Positions 34,276 to 45,071 of a stretch of DNA of 64,000 nt are shown piece after piece. The position numbers and the translations under genes were made by a program. The stretch covers positions 7,005 through 71,004 of the forward strand of contig CALOBG010000065.1 in the NCBI GenBank assembly GCA_942490995.1. The letters are read 5' to 3'. The stretch's first letter is position 1. The number at the start of each line of letters is the position of its first letter. This DNA is from an uncultured Gammaproteobacteria bacterium. GTDB taxonomy: Bacteria; Pseudomonadota; Gammaproteobacteria; Ga0077536. A model generated the notes under the pieces. That model saw nothing but the letters and a program-made list of their open reading frames with translations, was not told where the DNA came from and did not search any database.

Positions 34276-35397
34276 TCAATGGACATCGAAATCCATCGCG
34301 CTCAGTTGCTGCACAGTATCGTTGTCCAGCCCGGCACGCGCAACGCTGAATGCGGCGAACTGTCGGTGCAGGCCATCACGTCGCCGTTGCTCGTCGAAAC
34401 CCGGACCGCGCGCGGGCGGGGCCAGCCCGGCCAGCGTGCGCATCTGTTCGCTGCGCGTGGCCAGCGGATAAACGCTGGCGAGGACGGCGGCCACGCTGCG
34501 CCGATCGCCGGGCACACTGAGCCGCGTGATTTCGCCCTCATTCTCCGGCCAGCCTGCGGCAACGCCGCCATACGCCGACAGTGCTGTGTGCAACATCCTC
34601 GCCGCTGCGATGCGCGCTTCCAGGGTATGGCCGGCGATGTGGGTACTGGCGCGCCACGACCGCGCCAGCAACGCCGGCCAGATGTGCGGCTCGCCGCTCC
34701 AGCAGTCGAGCGCGGCGTACAGGGCTCGCGGCGCGATCAGGCGTGCGAGCAAGGCGCGTTCATCGATGATCCCGCCGCGCGCGGCGTTGATCAGCAAGGC
34801 ACCGGGACGCAAAGCGCCGAGTTCGGCCGCGCCCAGCAGACCGCGGGTCGGGTGCGGGCCGTCGGCAATCAGCGGAACGTGCAGGCTGACCACATCGCAG
34901 CCAAGCAGCGCCTCCAGACTGGTGCAGGTAACCCCGGCGATGCGTGGGCCGCGCGGCGGATCGTTGACCACGAAATCGATCGCCAGGCGCTGCAGCAGCG
35001 CGCCCAGCGCGCTGCCGACATGGCCGTACCCGACGATGCCGACCTTCAGCGCGCGGGGGTCGCCACCGCGTTCGGCGCTATAAGCGTACAGGCAGCAGAC
35101 GACATGTTCGGCGACCGCGCGCGCATTACAGCCGGGGGCGGCAGCGAAGGCGATATCGCGGGCCTTGAGGTAGTCGAGGTCGACGTGATCGGTACCCGCC
35201 GTCGCGGTGCCGACGAAGCGCACCGAACTGTCTGCGAGCAGCACGCGATCGACGCGCGTCACCGAGCGCACCAGCAGCACGTCGGCGTCCTTGATGTCGT
35301 CAGCGTTGAGCGCGCGACCGTCAAATGTGCGCACCGCACCGAGCGCGGCGAAGGCCGTCGTGGCGCCGTAAATCTCGCGGTCGACGAGCAGCTTCAT
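34276..35397 (-). CDS. pdxB: 4-phosphoerythronate dehydrogenase
   Basis: [48 protein letters not shown]. Confidence 0.93.
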   Translation of the reverse strand: MKLLVDREIYGATTAFAALGAVRTFDGRALNADDIKDADVLLVRSVTRVDRVLLADSSVRFVGTATAGTDHVDLDYLKARDIAFAAAPGCNARAVAEHVVCCLYAYSAERGGDPRALKVGIVGYGHVGSALGALLQRLAIDFVVNDPPRGPRIAGVTCTSLEALLGCDVVSLHVPLIADGPHPTRGLLGAAELGALRPGALLINAARGGIIDERALLARLIAPRALYAALDCWSGEPHIWPALLARSWRASTHIAGHTLEARIAAARMLHTALSAYGGVAAGWPENEGEITRLSVPGDRRSVAAVLASVYPLATRSEQMRTLAGLAPPARGPGFDEQRRRDGLHRQFAAFSVARAGLDNDTVQQLSAMDFDVH

Positions 35398-35433
35398 GGC
35401 GCGCCCGGCGGTAAACTCATCGCGCGCAGCGCG

Positions 35434-36345
35434 TCACGGATGGTCTTCGGCGGTAGCGCCCTCTTTCTGCACCGGCATCAGGTCGACCTTGTTGACCCCG
35501 AGCGCAATCAACATCGCGCTGGCGACCCAGATCGAGGAATAGGTGCCGACCAGCACACCGACCATCAGGGCGGTGGCGAAACCGTGGATGAGCTCGCCGC
35601 CGAATGCAAACAGCGCCACAACAACGATCAAGGTGGTACCGGAAGTCATCAGGGTGCGCGAAAGGGTCTGATTCAGGGATTTGTTGATCACCGTGGTCGG
35701 GTCATCTTTACGGAAGCGACGGAAATTCTCGCGGATGCGGTCAAACACCACGATGGTGTCATTCAGCGAATAGCCGATCACCGCGAGGACCGCCGCCAGT
35801 ACGGTTAAATCGAATTCCATGCCGGTGACGGCGAAAAACCCGACCGTAATCATGACGTCGTGAATGGTCGCGACAATCGCGCCAAGCGAAAACTTGAGCG
35901 TGAACCGCACCATGACGTAGATCAGAATACCGCCGAGCGCATAAAGCAGTGCGAGGAGACCGTTTTCGGTCAGTTCTTCGCCGACCTGCGGGCCGACGAA
36001 TTCAATGCGCCGCATCTCCGCGTCCGGCAGCAGTGCCAGTATGCGCGCGCTCAAATCCGACGTACTCGCTTCGCCGGCTGGCGGCAAACGCACGAGGACG
36101 TCCTGGCGCGAACCGAAATACTGCACGCTCGCGCCACTGAATTCAGAGCCGCCCAGGGCGGCGCGGATGGCGCCGACATCGGCGGCCTCGCGATAGCCGA
36201 GTTCGACCAGCGTTCCGCCGGTGAAATCGATGCCGAGGTTGAGACCCTCGCGCGCCAGTTCGACGACCGCCGCCACCGTGAGAAGGGTCGTCAGGATCAC
36301 CGCGATGCGGGTCTTGCCCATAAAATCGAAATTGGGTGTTTTCAT
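35434..36345 (-). CDS. secF: Protein translocase subunit SecF
   Basis: GIDFTGGT, VGPQVG, GYSLNDTIVVFDRIREN. Confidence 0.98.
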   Translation of the reverse strand: MKTPNFDFMGKTRIAVILTTLLTVAAVVELAREGLNLGIDFTGGTLVELGYREAADVGAIRAALGGSEFSGASVQYFGSRQDVLVRLPPAGEASTSDLSARILALLPDAEMRRIEFVGPQVGEELTENGLLALLYALGGILIYVMVRFTLKFSLGAIVATIHDVMITVGFFAVTGMEFDLTVLAAVLAVIGYSLNDTIVVFDRIRENFRRFRKDDPTTVINKSLNQTLSRTLMTSGTTLIVVVALFAFGGELIHGFATALMVGVLVGTYSSIWVASAMLIALGVNKVDLMPVQKEGATAEDHP

Positions 36346-36376
36346 GATTGTTCTCTATTGAACCCGCGAAGCGCGC

Positions 36377-38194
36377 CTAAATATGCAACTTGCTGACCCG
36401 GCGGCCGCCGTAGATCAGGTTGATAATCGCGCGGGTACCGGCGATGGCGGTGAACATCGAAGTCACGATGCCAAGCGACAACGTGACGGCGAAGCCCTTG
36501 ACCGGACCGGTGCCGAAACTGAACAGCACCACCGCCGCGATCAGGGTCGTGATGTTGGCGTCGGCAATCGTCGAAAACGCCTTGTCGTAGCCCGAATTGA
36601 TACTCATCTGGGGCGAGTTGCCATTCGCGATTTCCTCACGGATACGCTGGAAAATCAGCACGTTCGCGTCGACCGCCATACCGATGGTAAGCACGATACC
36701 GGCGATACCCGGCAGGGTCAGGGTGGCCTGCAGCAGCGACAACAGGGCTACGATCAGGACCAGGTTGAGGAGCAAGGCGAGGTTCGCGACCAGGCCGAAA
36801 ACCTTGTAGTACAGGGCCATGAAAACCAGCACCCCGGCCATGCCGATGACGATCGACTTCAGGCCCTGGTCGATATTGTCCTGGCCGAGGCTCGGGCCGA
36901 CGGTGCGCTCCTCGATGATTTCGATCGGCGCGGCCAGCGCGCCGGCGCGCAGCAGCAAAGCGAGGGTGCGCGCCTCCTCGGTGCTGTCGAGGCCGGTGAT
37001 CTGGAAACGCTTGGACAACTCGTCGCGTATGGTGGCGACGTTGATCACTTCTTCTACCGGCCGGCCCTTGCGCTGCTCGATATAGACCACCGCCATCGGC
37101 TTGCCGATCTGCTCGCGGGTGGCGCGGCTGAATAGCCGCGCGCCCTTGCCGTCGAGGGTGATGAACACCGCCGGGCTGCCGGTCTGCTGCTCGATGCCGG
37201 ACGAGGCATCGATGATGTACTCGCCGGTCAGCATGATGCGCTTCTCGGTCAGTACCGGCGCGCCGTTACGCTCGTAGTAAAGCTTGGAGTTGACCGGTAC
37301 ACGGCCGTCGACCGCGGCCTGCACATCGCCTTCAAGGTCGACCATGCGAAATTCCAGGGTCGCCGTGGCGCCGAGAATTTTTTTCGCCTCGGCGGTGTCC
37401 TCGATGCCTGGTAGCTGCACCACGATGCGGCGGTCACCCTGCTGCTGGATGACCGGTTCGGCGACACCGAATTCGTTGACGCGGTTGCGCAGCGTGGTCA
37501 GGTTCTGTTTCAGCGCCGTGCGCCGCGTTTCCTCCATCAACGTTTCGCTGACGGTGAGGTGCAGATCGGCGCTGTCCTCGCCCTCGCTGACGGCGAGGTC
37601 GGCATAGTCCGCTTCGATCACGGTGAGGCCGCGGGCATGCATATCCTCGTTGAGAAAACTGACCTTGATGCCGCCTTCGGCGCCACGCGCGATCGAACGG
37701 TAGCGGATCTTGGCTTCGCGAAAAGCGGTGCGCAACTCGGACACGAAGCGCTCGTCGGTCTGAACCCGCACCGCGTCCATGTCGACTTCCATCAGAAAAT
37801 GCACGCCGCCGCGCAAGTCTAGCCCCATGTACATCTGTTTGCCGCCCAGATCGCGCAACCACCCAGGGGTCGCCGAGGCCAGGTTGAGGGCGACGATGTA
37901 GCGTTGTTCGCCTACCGCTTCGAGCACCACCGGGCGGGCGCGCTCACGGGTCGCGGTATCTTCGAAGCGGATCATCAAGCGCTTTTCTTCAAGCTTGACG
38001 CTGAGCGGCGCGATGTCGGCGTCCTCGAGCGCGCTGCGCACGTTTTCGAGCAGCGCCTGGTCGACCGGTTCGGCGCGCCGCGCCGAGACCTGCAGCGCCG
38101 GGTCGTCGCCATAGAGGTTGGGCAGCGCATAGAGCAGGCCTGCCCCGATCACGGCGATCAGCAGGAGATAGCGCCACAGCGGGTATCGATTCAT
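36377..38194 (-). CDS. secD: Protein translocase subunit SecD
   Basis: GLDLRGGVHF, GVAEPVIQ, GPSLG, GMAVDANV. Confidence 0.98.
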   Translation of the reverse strand: MNRYPLWRYLLLIAVIGAGLLYALPNLYGDDPALQVSARRAEPVDQALLENVRSALEDADIAPLSVKLEEKRLMIRFEDTATRERARPVVLEAVGEQRYIVALNLASATPGWLRDLGGKQMYMGLDLRGGVHFLMEVDMDAVRVQTDERFVSELRTAFREAKIRYRSIARGAEGGIKVSFLNEDMHARGLTVIEADYADLAVSEGEDSADLHLTVSETLMEETRRTALKQNLTTLRNRVNEFGVAEPVIQQQGDRRIVVQLPGIEDTAEAKKILGATATLEFRMVDLEGDVQAAVDGRVPVNSKLYYERNGAPVLTEKRIMLTGEYIIDASSGIEQQTGSPAVFITLDGKGARLFSRATREQIGKPMAVVYIEQRKGRPVEEVINVATIRDELSKRFQITGLDSTEEARTLALLLRAGALAAPIEIIEERTVGPSLGQDNIDQGLKSIVIGMAGVLVFMALYYKVFGLVANLALLLNLVLIVALLSLLQATLTLPGIAGIVLTIGMAVDANVLIFQRIREEIANGNSPQMSINSGYDKAFSTIADANITTLIAAVVLFSFGTGPVKGFAVTLSLGIVTSMFTAIAGTRAIINLIYGGRRVSKLHI

Positions 38195-38257
38195 GTGGAG
38201 GGATCCGGGTTACGGTCAGGGTTGTAAGTGGGGTGGTCCGCGACGTTGCGTGCGAGA

Positions 38258-38587
38258 CTACATTTCTTTCACGGTACCCTTGGGCATGATCTGGGCAATC
38301 GCGTGTTTCTGGATCTTGACCTCGGTGTCCTTGGCGACTTCGAGCTTGACGAAATTGTCGCCGACCTCGGTGACGCGCCCGAGCAGGCCGCCGCTGGTGA
38401 CCGCCTCGTCACCCTTGGCCAGATCCTGCACGAGCTTGGCATGCTCCTTCTGGCGCTTCATCTGCGGCCGGATCAGGAACAGGTAAAAAACCACGAACAG
38501 GATGACCAGCGGCAGAAAGCCGGCCAGCCCCGGGTCCTGGGCGCCGGCCGCGCTCTGGGCAAAGGCGTCTTGAATGAGATAGTCCAT
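38258..38587 (-). CDS. yajC: Preprotein translocase subunit YajC
   Basis: FYLFLIRPQMKRQKEH, GDEAVTSGG; ATG at 38587. Confidence 0.96.
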   Translation of the reverse strand: MDYLIQDAFAQSAAGAQDPGLAGFLPLVILFVVFYLFLIRPQMKRQKEHAKLVQDLAKGDEAVTSGGLLGRVTEVGDNFVKLEVAKDTEVKIQKHAIAQIMPKGTVKEM

Positions 38588-38639
38588 TGAATTCCCCAAA
38601 AAATGGCCGCGTATTATGCCATACCACCGCGGGCGATGG

Positions 38640-40807
<2,168 letters not shown>

Positions 40808-40852
40808 CGCGCAATGCTAAGTTGTCGGCAGGAATTAATCACGCAGCTCGCC

Positions 40853-40881
40853 TCGACCGGCAGGCAGGCATTCTCTATACT
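40853..40881 (+). promoter_or_regulatory. Putative sigma70 promoter of tRNA-Leu
   Basis: TCGACC, 17-bp spacer, TATACT, 18 nt upstream of the tRNA 5' end. Confidence 0.55.
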
Positions 40882-40899
40882 CCGGCCCCTTCGCATCCA

Positions 40900-40986
40900 G
40901 CCGGGATGGCGGAACTGGTAGACGCGCCAGACTCAAAATCTGGTATCCGTAAGGATGTGGGGGTTCGATTCCCCCTCCCGGTACCA
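40900..40986 (+). tRNA. tRNA-Leu (anticodon CAA)
   Basis: Acceptor GCCGGGA/TCCCGGT plus ACCA, anticodon arm CCAGA-CTCAAAA-TCTGG, long variable arm, T arm GGGGG-TTCGATT-CCCCC. Confidence 0.98.
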
Positions 40987-41098
40987 ACAGTTACATCGTC
41001 GCGACTGCTGACTACCAGTTGCCAGCGATCAGATAGCAATCACCGTGGTGACGAAACGGCCTTCCGTGCGCACGGCACTGACTGCCGTCGGCCGGCCG

Positions 41099-41839
41099 CT
41101 ACGGAGCGCCCTCTGCGGGAACTTCGACGTTCCGCGCTGGCTTTCCCAACAGTTCCAGCGTGCCGACGATATGCGATTCCATCGCAACGCGCGATACGTC
41201 GGCGTTGCCCAGACGAATGGCGCGCCGGATCCCGTCATGATCTACGTTGCGATCGTGAACCGAGTCGGCCAGGCAACTGCTCCCTCCGACCGTGGCAATG
41301 AGAAAGTCGGACATGTCCCACATCCGCTCACTTGCCTCGGCCATGATCCGGGAATCCGCCATCGCGTGGATCATGAGATGAAAACCGCGGTTAGACGTAC
41401 GGTAGGCTCGGGCGCGTTGTTCGCGATCGGAGAGCGCGGGTAACTTTTCGATCAAATCCCAGGCAGCATCGAGGTCGACCAGCTGGGTATCCGTCCGGCG
41501 TTTGGCCGCTACGGCCGCGATCTCGCCCTCGAAAGCGGCGAACATGCGGAAGAAATCCTGCGTTTCGCGCAACGAATAGGCTGCCACCCGGCATCCGCTT
41601 TGCGGCGCAACCTCCACCAGGCCAAGCGACTCAAGGCGGCGCATCGCGTCCATAACCGGCTGGCGGCTGACGTCAAAACTGGTACACAGGGAGTCAATTG
41701 AGAATCGTTCACCCGCAGCGTAGTGACCAGCAAACAATTGGTCGCGCAACTCGTCGTAGACGGTCCGACCAAGGTGCCGCCCGCGAGACGCTGTCTGCCT
41801 TGTGCGTGCGTCCTGTCGGGGTTTTTCTTGTGCGCTCAC
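41099..41839 (-). CDS. GntR-family regulator (FCD type), last gene of the aromatic operon
   Basis: wHTH VYDELRDQLFAG..FDVSRQPVMDAMRRLESLGLV, FCD motif NRGFHLMI; GTG start. Confidence 0.9.
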   Translation of the reverse strand: MSAQEKPRQDARTRQTASRGRHLGRTVYDELRDQLFAGHYAAGERFSIDSLCTSFDVSRQPVMDAMRRLESLGLVEVAPQSGCRVAAYSLRETQDFFRMFAAFEGEIAAVAAKRRTDTQLVDLDAAWDLIEKLPALSDREQRARAYRTSNRGFHLMIHAMADSRIMAEASERMWDMSDFLIATVGGSSCLADSVHDRNVDHDGIRRAIRLGNADVSRVAMESHIVGTLELLGKPARNVEVPAEGAP

Positions 41840-41854
41840 AACGCGATCAGTGTG

Positions 41855-42814
41855 TCATCCAGGGGTGACGCTGTCGATTGGCATTGCCACGGTGACGGCA
41901 AAACCTGCGATTAGTGCCTCGATCGGGCGGTAGTATCGGAATTCGACAGAATATCGACCGCTTTGGGCCAGCGCAGCGTAGGCCGCCAGCCACGTTCGTA
42001 CTTCGTGGGCGGAGTTCCCGGCCGCAGCCGCCATTGCCCCTGCCGTCCAGCTGTCCAGCTTCGTCAGTTCACCTGACGCCAGTATGTTCAGAAATGTCTC
42101 ATCCCATTCGGGAGCGAGCGCCCGAATGTCGGACCTGCCGTTGGCGAAATCTCCCGCCGCATCGATGACCCGCTTCTGGCGTGCTCGGCGCGCCTCGAGG
42201 GACAAGGGCTGCGTATGTCCCAGTAGCATGCGTCGCTGCTCGGCCGTTGCCGATGCGTAGCGTGGTACGGGCGGATCGTGTGACAGGCCACCCGAGGCGA
42301 CGATCAGCACGCGTCGGCGGAGTTGCTTCACGAACTTGCCTACAGCTTCACCGAGCAGACGCACCCGCGCCATGGGTGGAAACGGCGGTGCCACGCCATT
42401 TACGAAAATCGGGACGACCGGCCTCGCGCGAATGCTTCCGAACACGATTTGAAGAGGCTGGACGATACCGTGGTCGACCTGCATGTCCATCGAAACCGCC
42501 AGATCGATGCCGGCGTCGAGCACGGCTTCCGCCAACTCCATGGCAAGCGCCTCGGGAACGTCCAGTGCGCCCGCCTCTCCGCCGTAATCACCAATGCTCG
42601 TGGCGGCGCAACCGAGACAGAACGGCGGCATGACATTGTAGAAAAATCCATTGTAATGGTCGGGTCCGAACACGATGACCAACTCGGGAGCGAAGTCCTC
42701 AACGAACTGCCGCGCATGCTCAAAGGCAGTGTCGAGACCCCTTGCCGTCAATGGATCGAGATCGACGTTACCGATCAGCGGGCTGTGACTCATCGCCAGT
42801 AACGCAACGCTCAT
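41855..42814 (-). CDS. mhpB: Extradiol dioxygenase, class III, 2,3-dihydroxyphenylpropionate 1,2-dioxygenase-like (MhpB/HppB/OhpD)
   Basis: MSHSPL, PDHYNGFFY, VDHG, SGGLSHDPPVP, GNSAHEVRTW; ATG 42814 with AGGAG RBS. Confidence 0.85.
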   Translation of the reverse strand: MSVALLAMSHSPLIGNVDLDPLTARGLDTAFEHARQFVEDFAPELVIVFGPDHYNGFFYNVMPPFCLGCAATSIGDYGGEAGALDVPEALAMELAEAVLDAGIDLAVSMDMQVDHGIVQPLQIVFGSIRARPVVPIFVNGVAPPFPPMARVRLLGEAVGKFVKQLRRRVLIVASGGLSHDPPVPRYASATAEQRRMLLGHTQPLSLEARRARQKRVIDAAGDFANGRSDIRALAPEWDETFLNILASGELTKLDSWTAGAMAAAAGNSAHEVRTWLAAYAALAQSGRYSVEFRYYRPIEALIAGFAVTVAMPIDSVTPG

Positions 42815-42868
42815 TTGCGCGTTACTCCTGGATCCGCACAAGCTCCGCCCACGCGTCGTCGCGTGAAC

Positions 42869-43981
42869 TTAGTAGGTGACCACAACATTCGTGAAGCCGC
42901 CTTTCCGCTGTTCGGTCGCATCCAGTGCATCGTTGATGTCATCCAGCGCGTAACGTTCGTGCCTGAACACGGACAGGTCCAGAACGCCGGCGTCAGCCAT
43001 CGCCGCCATGTCCTCACCGTCCTTGCTCGTAAACCACAGGGAACCCACGTAAGACTTCTGCAGGCACATGATCTTGAAAGGATCCAGTCGGACGGCTTCT
43101 GCGACGCCGCCGATATTGATCACCGTTCCGCCTCTTCGCAGACCGTCAACGGCGTCCAAAACCGTCGCCGCAGGTGCATTAGGTCCGAGGCACGAGATGA
43201 CGGCATCAACCCCGAATCCATCTGTGACTTCCATGATGCGCTCTGCCGTCGATCCTTCTTCCAGCGCAAGCGGTACGACGCGGGTCTTGTCCAGGGCGTG
43301 CACTTCGTTCAGCAACTGCCTGTTCCGGCCTGTACCAAAAACCCGGGTCGCGCCCATCGCCAGGGCATTGAGAACCGCACACAACCCCAGCGTGCCGGTC
43401 GCGCCGTCAACCAGTACCGACTGGCCGGCTTCGAAGCGGGCTTTTCGCAACGCCGCATAGGCCGTTCCGAGGTAGCCGAAACGGGCTCCCTGCTCAAAAC
43501 TGATGCTCTGCGGTAACTTCACCAGGTTGTCTGCAGGCGCAGTCAGATACTCGCCGAACCCCCCGTAAGGGTAATCTTCAAACAGCTGCTGGGAGCCTGC
43601 GCCAAATCCGAAGTAACCCTGGAATGTATAGGCCGGGCAATTGATCTTGTCGCCGCTCCTGCAGGCCTTGCAACTACCACAGGAAAGACCGGGATTGACA
43701 TAGACCCGGTCACCGGGCGCTATGCCGCTGCGGATCCGGGCACCCACCGCCGCCACCACCCCCGCGGCATCGAGCCCGAAGATCGCGGGCAGTTTCGGCA
43801 GCGGCAGATAAGGGAACCACTTCGGGTAATTCGTGATGACGTTGCGAAGGTTGGGCACGACCCCTGCTGCTTTGACCTCAACAAGTACGTCGGTGTCGCG
43901 GATCTCCGGCACGGGTATGGTGTCGATCCGGAATTGCTCGCTGATGCCGTGCAGACGCGCGGCACGCATTGTGTCTGTCAT
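42869..43981 (-). CDS. Medium-chain dehydrogenase/reductase with structural-Zn lobe but no catalytic Zn ligands
   Basis: GroES-like start, CGSCKAC-x7-C lobe, GATGTLG Rossmann motif; AAGVVPN and GLDAAG replace the C-x-x-D and GHE motifs. Confidence 0.85.
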   Translation of the reverse strand: MTDTMRAARLHGISEQFRIDTIPVPEIRDTDVLVEVKAAGVVPNLRNVITNYPKWFPYLPLPKLPAIFGLDAAGVVAAVGARIRSGIAPGDRVYVNPGLSCGSCKACRSGDKINCPAYTFQGYFGFGAGSQQLFEDYPYGGFGEYLTAPADNLVKLPQSISFEQGARFGYLGTAYAALRKARFEAGQSVLVDGATGTLGLCAVLNALAMGATRVFGTGRNRQLLNEVHALDKTRVVPLALEEGSTAERIMEVTDGFGVDAVISCLGPNAPAATVLDAVDGLRRGGTVINIGGVAEAVRLDPFKIMCLQKSYVGSLWFTSKDGEDMAAMADAGVLDLSVFRHERYALDDINDALDATEQRKGGFTNVVVTY

Positions 43982-44156
43982 CAATGGTTCTCCTGTGTTT
44001 TTTCGTAGCTACGCTGCGCTGGGTGCCGTTTGGAGCCGAATCTCGGCGCGCTCACGGCGGAGACGAAGTGTCATCGATGTCCTGGCCTTCGCGCCTCACC
44101 TGGCAGCTACACTCCCGCTTATTTCGTAAAGCAGTTCGCGCTCGGTCGTGGCCGAC

Positions 44157-45041
44157 TCAACTAGCCGCGTCCCTTTCCCCGAGCAGGAACCCGAGGTGGA
44201 TTCGATTGAACGTCTCGGTGTCCTCGTACTGTGGCCAGTGGCCGCAATTCTCGATCACCGCGAGCTGGGCATTCGGAATGAGAGACGCGATGCGCCGGCC
44301 TTCGTCAACCGGGCCGGAGGGATCCTTTGTCGTCCAGATGACGAGCGCCTCGGCCGTGATTGCACGCAAATCATCGTCCGACAGCATGTTGCGCTTGCGG
44401 ATCTCGAGGTTCTGCAGGGCCATGTTCATTTCGCACGCCCGCAGCCATCCGGTCTGTTCAAAGATCGCCTGGCGTGTACGGATCAAGTCATCGGTCACCA
44501 TCGCCGGATCGGCCATCAGCCATTCGAGCCGCGCTTTGACGCGTTCCCAGGAAGGATCACGTGCGGCCTCCATCGACAAGCTCAGAAGGCGCTCCATCAC
44601 CGCCGGATTGGCCATGGTCCCGCCCATCGTGTTGAGCACGATCTTCTCGACGCGGTCGGCGTGGGTAGTCGCGTAGCGCGCAGTGACCCATCCGCCAAGG
44701 GACTCACCGCTGAAATAAGCCGTGTCCGCGCCAATGGCGTCCAGGACGTGTGACACATGATCGATGTAGTGCGGTATTTCAAGCGGGTGATCGGGCTTGG
44801 ACGAGTACCCGTGTCCGATGAAATCAATGGCCCAGACCGAAAAATGTTCGGCATGTGCAGCCAGATTCCGAACGTAAGCTTCGGCGTGACCGGTGATACC
44901 GTGCAGGAACAGCAGCACGGGTTTAGTCTCATCGCCGGCATGAAGATAGCGGGTGCGGTACGGCCCGGTGTCAAGAAAACCCTGGCAGAAGGACACCTCG
45001 CGAAGGTCATCCCAAACGCTACTGTATGCTTGGTTCATCAT
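44157..45041 (-). CDS. Meta-cleavage product C-C hydrolase (HppC/OhpC/MhpC-like alpha/beta hydrolase)
   Basis: LFLHGITGH, IDFIGHGYSSKP, nucleophile GESLGG, GHWPQYE. Confidence 0.88.
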   Translation of the reverse strand: MMNQAYSSVWDDLREVSFCQGFLDTGPYRTRYLHAGDETKPVLLFLHGITGHAEAYVRNLAAHAEHFSVWAIDFIGHGYSSKPDHPLEIPHYIDHVSHVLDAIGADTAYFSGESLGGWVTARYATTHADRVEKIVLNTMGGTMANPAVMERLLSLSMEAARDPSWERVKARLEWLMADPAMVTDDLIRTRQAIFEQTGWLRACEMNMALQNLEIRKRNMLSDDDLRAITAEALVIWTTKDPSGPVDEGRRIASLIPNAQLAVIENCGHWPQYEDTETFNRIHLGFLLGERDAAS

Positions 45042-45071
45042 TCCGAAATCTCTACGTATATCAAAATCGTT

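Noticed and set aside
32960-35808. Long antisense ORFs (for example 32960-34471, 34204-35808, also 5785-7095 and 18218-19450)
   Set aside because: They are shadow frames of well-supported opposite-strand genes or rnpB in high-GC DNA and show no recognisable motifs.
44095-44150. Minus-strand peptide TERELLYEISGSVA resembling a crotonase N-terminus
   Set aside because: About 15 residues with no start codon or continuation; too short to support a pseudogene call.
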